Below are positions 34,992 to 40,553 of a DNA stretch of 40,553 nucleotides, one piece after another; position 1 is the stretch's first letter, and every line of letters begins with the position of its first letter. The DNA comes from Candidatus Nanopelagicales bacterium (GTDB lineage: Bacteria; Actinomycetota; Actinomycetes; JBEVHX01): contig JBEVHX010000065.1 in the NCBI GenBank assembly GCA_040510995.1, positions 1 to 40,553 on the forward strand, in the 5' to 3' direction. The notes beneath the pieces are model-generated. The model ran no database searches and had not been told where the DNA came from. It was given only the letters and a program-made list of their open reading frames with translations. The translations under genes and the position numbers were made by a program.

Positions 34992-35554
34992 GCCAACCCC
35001 TCCATCAGCTGAGAGCGCAAGTGCGCTTTCGCCCGGTGCAGGCGGGACTTCACGGTGTTCTCGGGGACTCGAAGCAGGCGCGCGGTCTCCTTCGTCGTCA
35101 GTCCGTCAAGCACCACGGCTTGGACGACCGCGCGCATCTCAGGCGACAGTGTGGCGAGGGCAGAGCCCAGCCCTCCGTACTCGACCCCGGCCAGCAACCG
35201 CTCCTCCACTCCAGGCTCAATGCCGACCTCGACGTCGGCGAATGGGAATTCGGCCGAGCCGGCCACCCGACGCAGCCGGGAGACGAGCCGCCGGATGGCG
35301 ATTCCCCAGACCCAGCCGGCGACCTCGCCGTCCCCGCGGTACGCGGAGGCGCCCTTCCACACCCCGACGAAGGTGTCCTGGAGAACGTCGGCGACAGCCT
35401 CCGGGTCGTTGCATCGCCTGGTCAGACGCACGGACACCCACGGCGCGTGCCGCTCGTAGAGCTGGCGGAGCGCGCCCGTGTCACCCCCAGCTACCTGACT
35501 CAGCAGCTCGGCGTCCGTGCGTCCTGTGGACTCCGTGGACTCCCCCACACTCAT
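34988..35554 (-). CDS. ECF-type RNA polymerase sigma-70 factor
   Basis: Region 2 (DVLQDTFVGVWKGASAYR) and the region 4 HTH (LTTKETARLLRVPENTVKSRLHRA). The start is uncertain (ATG 35554 chosen; the ORF is open to 35668). Confidence 0.85.
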   Translation of the reverse strand: MSVGESTESTGRTDAELLSQVAGGDTGALRQLYERHAPWVSVRLTRRCNDPEAVADVLQDTFVGVWKGASAYRGDGEVAGWVWGIAIRRLVSRLRRVAGSAEFPFADVEVGIEPGVEERLLAGVEYGGLGSALATLSPEMRAVVQAVVLDGLTTKETARLLRVPENTVKSRLHRAKAHLRSQLMEGLA

Positions 35555-35689
35555 CCTGTCGCCGGCGGAGGTCGGAACGGTTCCCTCGGCGCCATCGTGC
35601 TCCTGGGCGGCCGCTTGGTCAGCGATGGATCGAAACAGTTTCACCGTTGCCGACCAGCCGCCGGGCAACCGAGGCCGGGTCGAGCGGGG

Positions 35690-35941
35690 TCAGTGCTCCG
35701 CCTCGTGTCCGACGACGCGCTCGCTGAGCACGATGTCGCCTCTCCAGCCGCACGCCGCGCACCAGCAGACGAAGACTCGGTCGGCGGCGACCCAGTACTC
35801 GGTCGCGATCCCCCGGGCGCCCTCCCCCACCGCCAGCGGCGCCGCGCAAGCCGGGCAGAAGCGCGGCGCGTCCCGCAGGTGCCGCTCCGCGTCCTGTTCG
35901 AAGCCGGTGCGTCGAGCGCGCTGAGTGCCCACGGCACTCAT
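35690..35941 (-). CDS. Small Cys-rich protein (83 aa; CPAC ... CWCAAC), zinc-ribbon or rubredoxin-like
   Basis: The ATG overlaps the stop of the Rieske oxygenase gene (ATGA). Almost all codons end in G/C by hand reading. There are 5 Cys, including 2 CxxC motifs 27 residues apart. Confidence 0.55.
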   Translation of the reverse strand: MSAVGTQRARRTGFEQDAERHLRDAPRFCPACAAPLAVGEGARGIATEYWVAADRVFVCWCAACGWRGDIVLSERVVGHEAEH

Positions 35942-37206
35942 CGTGCCGCAGCCGCCTCCTCACGCGCCTCTTCTCTGGACTGGCCGGCCTGGATGTGCAG
36001 CTTTCGCAACGCGTCCACCTGCGGGCTGAATTTCGTCGACGCCATGTTGATGAAGTCAAGCGCGAACTCCGCGCCAGCGTCGAACTTGTTCTTCTCGCAC
36101 GGCAGGTCGATCCGGTCGTGCGGCTCGCGGATCGTGCCGAGCGGGTCGCCACCGTCTGCCACGACCTTCATCTGCTCCTTGAACATCCGGCGCAGCATCG
36201 TGACTCCGACGTCGGACTTGCCGAGGTGCTCGACTGTCCGGTCGGTCACGCGCCCCTGCGTGCACCAGGCCATGATGTCCTGGCCCTCGACATAGTCCGT
36301 GACATGCCGGCCGTGCTCGTCGAACACCGGGATGGCGTAGTCCGGCACCATGGCCTGCGTTGGAAACTCGATCCCCGGCGGCGCGTGCACCGAGTACAGC
36401 ATGAAGCGAGTCGTGTCGCGGTCGATGGGTACCCGGATCTGCATCTGCTCGATGTTTGCGCCGCCGACCCGCATGTTGTAGGGGAACACGAGCGGGTGGC
36501 CGACCTTCCAGTCGTCGTCCTCCTCCGTCGCGCCCTCGAGCACGCGACGCTTGATGATGCCCCAGTCGAAGACGTCGAAGCCCACCTTCTGGTGCTGCTT
36601 GGCGAACGACGCCGGTGCCTCGAACCCCTTCTGCCGCCCCAAGAACTGGAAGTACCGGCCATGCAGGAACTCCACGTGGTGCGGGTCGACCGCGTTCTCC
36701 ATGATCTGGATCAGGTTGCAGGGGATGTCCGCCCATCCGATGTCCCGTACCCCGTCCATGACGAACACGTCGAACCGCGGCAGCTCCGGCGCGGGAAGCG
36801 GCCCCAGGTAAGCCCAGACCAAGCCGCCGAGCTCCTGCACCTTCCCGGCCTGTATCCGGACGCGGTCTTTGAAGTTGGTCTCCTCCCGCTCAGCCGGCTG
36901 CTCTAGGCACGAACCGTCCAGCCCAAAGAGCCACCCGTGGTACGGGCAGCGCAGCCCGTCGGGCTCCACCACGCCGTACGCCAACGACGCACGCCGGTGG
37001 GGGCAGGCCTCAGGGAGGATCCCGTAGTACCCACTCGCCGTCTTGAACACCGCGAAGTCCTCGCCGAGCAGCCTGGTCTGCTTCACCGGGAACTCCTCGA
37101 GCTCGCGGGTGAACGCGACCGGGTACCAGTACCGCCGCAACAGCTCGCCCATCGGCGTGCCGGCGTCGAATGTGGTCAGCTCCTCGTTCTGCTGCGCGGT
37201 CAGCAT
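35938..37206 (-). CDS. Rieske non-heme iron oxygenase, alpha subunit only (phthalate-family / LigXa-, KshA-like class)
   Basis: The ORF was trimmed to MLTAQQNEEL (ATG 37206, RBS GGGAGAG). Rieske ligands CPHRRASL...CPYHGWLF and the mononuclear iron motif NAVDPHHVEFLH are present. No beta subunit or reductase gene is adjacent. Confidence 0.9.
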   Translation of the reverse strand: MLTAQQNEELTTFDAGTPMGELLRRYWYPVAFTRELEEFPVKQTRLLGEDFAVFKTASGYYGILPEACPHRRASLAYGVVEPDGLRCPYHGWLFGLDGSCLEQPAEREETNFKDRVRIQAGKVQELGGLVWAYLGPLPAPELPRFDVFVMDGVRDIGWADIPCNLIQIMENAVDPHHVEFLHGRYFQFLGRQKGFEAPASFAKQHQKVGFDVFDWGIIKRRVLEGATEEDDDWKVGHPLVFPYNMRVGGANIEQMQIRVPIDRDTTRFMLYSVHAPPGIEFPTQAMVPDYAIPVFDEHGRHVTDYVEGQDIMAWCTQGRVTDRTVEHLGKSDVGVTMLRRMFKEQMKVVADGGDPLGTIREPHDRIDLPCEKNKFDAGAEFALDFINMASTKFSPQVDALRKLHIQAGQSREEAREEAAAAR

Positions 37207-37244
37207 GTGCGCTCTCCCGTGGATGTGTCGGATATGCGACGCGG

Positions 37245-39062
37245 TCAGCCGCCGTTGTCGAGCACAGTGACCGTGCCCGCGTTGCCGTCGACCCGGATCC
37301 GCTGGCCGGACTTGATGGTCTTCGTGGCGAAAGCCGTCCCCGTGACGGCCGGCAAGCCGTACTCCCGACACACGATCGCGGCGTGGCTCATGATTCCGCC
37401 GACGTCGGTGACCGTGGCCGCGATCTTGCCGAAGACAGGGGCCCACGACGGTGCGGTGAGCGGGGCGACCAGGATCTCGCCGTCCTGCAGCTCGTTGATG
37501 CCGTCGGCCGACAGGATCACCCGGGCCGGCCCCTCGGCGATGCCGGGTGACGCCGCGAATCCGGAGAGCCCTCCGCTGTCGTCCGCGCCGCCGAGCCACT
37601 GCTGCACGCTCTCCGACGTGATGCCCCACAGCATGATCGTGAACGGCTCGGTGATGGTCTCGGGTGGCGCGCCGAGCGCCGGCGGCGGCGACCACTGCCG
37701 GAGGGCGTTCATGATGCCGCGGCGGCGTTCGATCTCTCGCTGCCAGTACTGCGGGCCGCGCGACGGCACCCCGACGGCCCAGCCGTGGTAGTAGTCGAAC
37801 AGCGCCTGCGGTACCTCGAAGCGGTTGAGCAGGAACACGTCGTCGGGGTCAGTGAAGAACCCAGCCCCGACCAGGACCCGCCCGAAGTCGCGCATCTTGC
37901 GCCAGATGATCGAGTGCGCCCAGTGCTCGACATAGAAGTTGTGGTTCTCGACGTACGGGAAGACGGTGCGGGCTAGACCGAGCTTCATCTCGAAGGCCTT
38001 CTTGTCCTCCTCGCTGCCGATCAGCTCGGAGTACTCGGCGACGATTCGGTCCCGCTCCTTGGTGATGACTTCGGTCGGCCGCTCCAACGCTTCACCCCGC
38101 TGTCGCTTGGCGATGTAGCTGCGGATGAAGCCGAGCGGGATGTCGAGGTTCTCGATCCACACCTTGTCGGCGCTGTAGAACGCCGTCCCCGACGAGAAGT
38201 TGAACCACGGCTCTTTCGCCTTCTCCCATTCGGCCAGCCACTGCTCGCCTGCCGGGTGCTCCTTGACCGCAGCCAGGGTCTCGTCGACCGACCCGGACAT
38301 GAGTGCGCTGGCAAGGTCCAGGTCGACCGCGAGCGTCGCCAGCCGCTTGAGCTCCTCGTCGGGCCTGAACAGGTCCACCTCGATCCCCGCGACCATCTTG
38401 GCGATGGCCTGATCCGGGATGTTCGGGAAGACGCCCTTACAGAAGCCGAAGAAGTCGAGGTAGGCCGCATACCCGAGGTTGAGGAACTCGAAGTGGTAGT
38501 TCCAAAGCTTGAGCGTGAGATCGACCAGCCGGTTATAGGTCGTGGTCAGCTCGAAACCGCTTCCGCTGCCGAGACCCTCGGTGATGACCGAGAGGTCCTC
38601 CTTCTCGGGCAGCGGGGAGATGGTCAGCGCGTCGAGGTCGTCGATGAGCGCCCGCACCTTCGGCATCCATGCCGCGTACAGCCGATCCCAGTTCTCGAAA
38701 TAGAAGCCAGCGCGCTCCATGAAGTGCGGCACCCGGGACTCGATCTCCGCCGGATCGGCGACCCCCACCGGCGTGAGGAACATGTAGCCGTTGAGTACCC
38801 GGATGTCGACGCCGAGCGCCGGCGGGATCAGGTAGTGCCGGGTGTTGTACTGCGAAAGGGAAATGATGGCGAACTCGAAAACTGTCGCGTCCCAGGGGGG
38901 CACTACCTCGGGCGTGTGCACGCCGTCGTGGAACCAGAACATCGACTCCTCATACTCGCGCCGGTCATCGCTGAACATCAGCGAGTACGGGTAGAGCTGC
39001 TCCCAACCCTCAGCGCCCGCCGGCACGGTCATGTCGAATGGGCTCGGGAAACGGTCTGCCAT
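37245..39062 (-). CDS. PEP-utilising (swivel-His) enzyme, phenylphosphate synthase alpha (PpsA)-like subunit
   Basis: The C-terminal mobile domain carries the phospho-His signature GGIMSHAAIVCREYGLPAV. The large N-terminal domain begins FPSPFD..PAGAEGWEQLYPY and contains LSQYNTRHYLIPP, as I remember for PpsA-type proteins. ATG 39062 is preferred because of the strong RBS GGGGAGGAA. Confidence 0.8.
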   Translation of the reverse strand: MADRFPSPFDMTVPAGAEGWEQLYPYSLMFSDDRREYEESMFWFHDGVHTPEVVPPWDATVFEFAIISLSQYNTRHYLIPPALGVDIRVLNGYMFLTPVGVADPAEIESRVPHFMERAGFYFENWDRLYAAWMPKVRALIDDLDALTISPLPEKEDLSVITEGLGSGSGFELTTTYNRLVDLTLKLWNYHFEFLNLGYAAYLDFFGFCKGVFPNIPDQAIAKMVAGIEVDLFRPDEELKRLATLAVDLDLASALMSGSVDETLAAVKEHPAGEQWLAEWEKAKEPWFNFSSGTAFYSADKVWIENLDIPLGFIRSYIAKRQRGEALERPTEVITKERDRIVAEYSELIGSEEDKKAFEMKLGLARTVFPYVENHNFYVEHWAHSIIWRKMRDFGRVLVGAGFFTDPDDVFLLNRFEVPQALFDYYHGWAVGVPSRGPQYWQREIERRRGIMNALRQWSPPPALGAPPETITEPFTIMLWGITSESVQQWLGGADDSGGLSGFAASPGIAEGPARVILSADGINELQDGEILVAPLTAPSWAPVFGKIAATVTDVGGIMSHAAIVCREYGLPAVTGTAFATKTIKSGQRIRVDGNAGTVTVLDNGG

Positions 39063-39133
39063 GGCGTTCCTCCCCTGACGCATCACCGCGTCATCGCTCT
39101 CGCACCGTCAGCGACCGCTGCCGGACTTCTTGC

Positions 39134-40219
39134 CTAACGCACCTGCTGGCTCGCTCTGCCGTGCAATGGATCCATCAGCGTGTGAACGATGCTCTCGAGG
39201 TAGCCCTCGTCGCCGCGCCGCGACGGTCCGGGCGACTTGCGGCTCCAGACCGTCTCCGGCCGGCTCTGCAGGAGCAGCACGTTGTCCGGCGCCGGCAGGT
39301 CGGCGTCGATGGCCCACTCCACGTCCTGCGGGCAGCCGTAGTGCTTCTCGGACTTGCGCGCCAGTTTCGCGACCGCGGCGATCTCCTCGTCGGACAGGCA
39401 GGGCTCGTCGCGGCGGGTCTCGTCGACGTCGACCTCGACCACCGTGTCGTCATCGCCCAGGGTGTGCTCGACCGTCTTGCTCGAGATCGTGCGCCGGGTG
39501 ACGGTGCCAAGCACCTTGTCGACGAGGAAGTTGTCCGGCGTCACCGATCCGCTGACGACTGCCTCACCGAAACCCCACGACGCGTCGATCGCCACCTGAG
39601 ATCGGTCGCCATTGTGCGGGTTCAGCGTGAACGCCACTCCTGATGTCCGCGGCAACACCATCTTCTGCACGCCCACGCTCATCGCGATGCCGTCGTCCGC
39701 ATATCCCATCGCGCGTCGGTAGGCGATCGCGCGGTCGGTGAACAGGCTCGCCCAGCACCGCCGCACGTGCTCGACCACCGCGTCGGGGCTGCGGATCCAC
39801 AGGTAGGTGTCGTGCTCGCCGGCGAAGCTGGCGTCGGGTGAGTCCTCGCACGTCGCCGACGAGCGCACTGCGACCGGCACGTCCGCGCGCACGCAGCGCT
39901 GCGACAGTTCGGCGTACGCGGCCCGAATCTCGTCGTCCAGCCCGGCCGGCAGCTGCGCCTCCATCACCAGGGCGCGGGCGACGGTCCCGGCGGCACTCAC
40001 CGTCGCGGGCGAGTCGGGCACCACATCCGCGAGCACTTCGGTCAGGGACTCGGCAAGCCCATTGCTGGCGAGCAGTTCCCGGTATGCGGCACAGGTGATT
40101 GCGAACCCGGGAGGGACCGGCAGCCCGGCCGCCGTCATCACCCCAAGGCTCGCGTTCTTGCCACCAAGCTGCGGCTCGTCGCCGGGCGCATACGCGTCGA
40201 ACCACGTGATGTGACTCAC
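39134..40219 (-). CDS. PEP/pyruvate-binding (PPDK_N, ATP-grasp) protein, phenylphosphate synthase beta (PpsB)-like subunit
   Basis: LGGKNASLG nucleotide-binding start, VAVRSSATCED, and SWGFGEAVVSG, which are typical of the N-terminal domain of PEP synthase/PPDK. GTG start at 40219 with the RBS AAGGAGG. Confidence 0.85.
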   Translation of the reverse strand: MSHITWFDAYAPGDEPQLGGKNASLGVMTAAGLPVPPGFAITCAAYRELLASNGLAESLTEVLADVVPDSPATVSAAGTVARALVMEAQLPAGLDDEIRAAYAELSQRCVRADVPVAVRSSATCEDSPDASFAGEHDTYLWIRSPDAVVEHVRRCWASLFTDRAIAYRRAMGYADDGIAMSVGVQKMVLPRTSGVAFTLNPHNGDRSQVAIDASWGFGEAVVSGSVTPDNFLVDKVLGTVTRRTISSKTVEHTLGDDDTVVEVDVDETRRDEPCLSDEEIAAVAKLARKSEKHYGCPQDVEWAIDADLPAPDNVLLLQSRPETVWSRKSPGPSRRGDEGYLESIVHTLMDPLHGRASQQVR

Positions 40220-40404
40220 GAGTCGCCTCCTTGCGTTGCCGGGACGTTAGGCGCCGATGACCTGCGGCAACAACCCATGCGTCCCGCCGAGCGGAACAGT
40301 CCGGACTTTCCTCCGCGATCTTGTGCCTGCTTCAACGACACGGGAGATGATCATGAAGACCCCTCCCGCGCGCCTGGCGGATGGGCAGGAGACATGATTC
40401 GGGC

Positions 40405-40553
40405 ATGGCACTGGACCTGGCCCACCACATGTTTGCCGCGCTCGAGCAGCTGCGCATCCACCCGACCGGCAAGCGGATCCGCGCCTACACCGACGGGGCG
40501 CTCGCTGTGGACTCGACGTGGGCAGTGATCGTGTGGGAGCCGCGCCGGGTGGT
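40405..40553 (+). CDS. N-terminal fragment of a DUF427-like protein (runs off the window)
   Basis: The frame from ATG 40405 reads MALDLAHHMFAALEQLRIHPTGKRIRAYTDGALAVDSTWAVIVWEPRRVV, which resembles the DUF427 N-terminal pattern (..kRiRa...g..vadS..a..vwE). Only 49 codons are visible. Confidence 0.4.
   Translation, partial: MALDLAHHMFAALEQLRIHPTGKRIRAYTDGALAVDSTWAVIVWEPRRV

Noticed and set aside
35555-35668. GGAACC-N17-CGAC as an autoregulated ECF promoter, and the longer sigma ORF start at 35668
   Set aside because: The putative -10 element would lie only 3 nt from the chosen ATG, which is incompatible with normal promoter geometry. The upstream 38 codons lack sigma region 1/2 features. Both remain unresolved rather than supported.
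31663-36295. Plus-strand ORFs 31663..32811, 32845..33840 and 34688..36295
   Set aside because: They are antisense to the ABC/anti-sigma/sigma/oxygenase genes. They are Arg/Pro-rich with no recognisable domains.
40220-40404. 7-bp inverted repeat GTTGCCG-N23-CGGCAAC upstream of the PpsB-like gene, considered as a candidate operator
   Set aside because: The arms are short, the spacer is long and no regulator is adjacent. The evidence is too weak to report as a site.

Overview
High-GC (about 70%) actinobacterial chromosome segment. The gene families (RbpA, SepX/GlpR next to a MoeA-like Glp, MscL, FmdB, 5-formyl-THF cyclo-ligase) suggest a Nocardioides/Propionibacteriales-like organism, but that is an inference. 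All calls come from reading the ORF track and the DNA by eye; no searches were run. Positions 1-19.2 kb are mostly conserved housekeeping: a tRNA-Ala(CGC), the glpR-GNAT-glp block, a K+/H+ antiporter, a PAS-GAF-PP2C phosphatase with a STAS partner, MTA phosphorylase, mscL, rbpA, and a SoxR regulator facing an SDR-queA-like operon. Positions 19.8-40.2 kb look like an accessory aromatic-catabolism region with three parts. (a) A meta-cleavage gene set split over two divergent operons: an unknown protein, IclR, two MhpD/XylI-family enzymes and a Rieske ferredoxin on the minus strand; two tandem catechol 2,3-dioxygenase paralogs, a histidine phosphatase, acetaldehyde dehydrogenase, 4-hydroxy-2-oxovalerate aldolase and a semialdehyde dehydrogenase on the plus strand. 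(b) An ECF sigma / ZAS-type anti-sigma / ABC-2 exporter module. (c) The most unusual part: a minus-strand operon encoding a split PEP-synthase-like dikinase (PpsB-like plus PpsA-like) followed directly by an alpha-only Rieske oxygenase and a translationally coupled 83-aa four-Cys protein, with no carboxylase in view. Together with the histidine phosphatase inside the meta-cleavage operon, this suggests a phosphorylation-dependent aerobic aromatic pathway that differs from the known kinase-carboxylase routes. Other notable items are a decayed second tRNA-Ala copy 4.7 kb from the intact one, three very long perfect hairpins in the catabolic region, and two 14-bp tandem duplications. No CRISPR array, transposase or integrase was seen.
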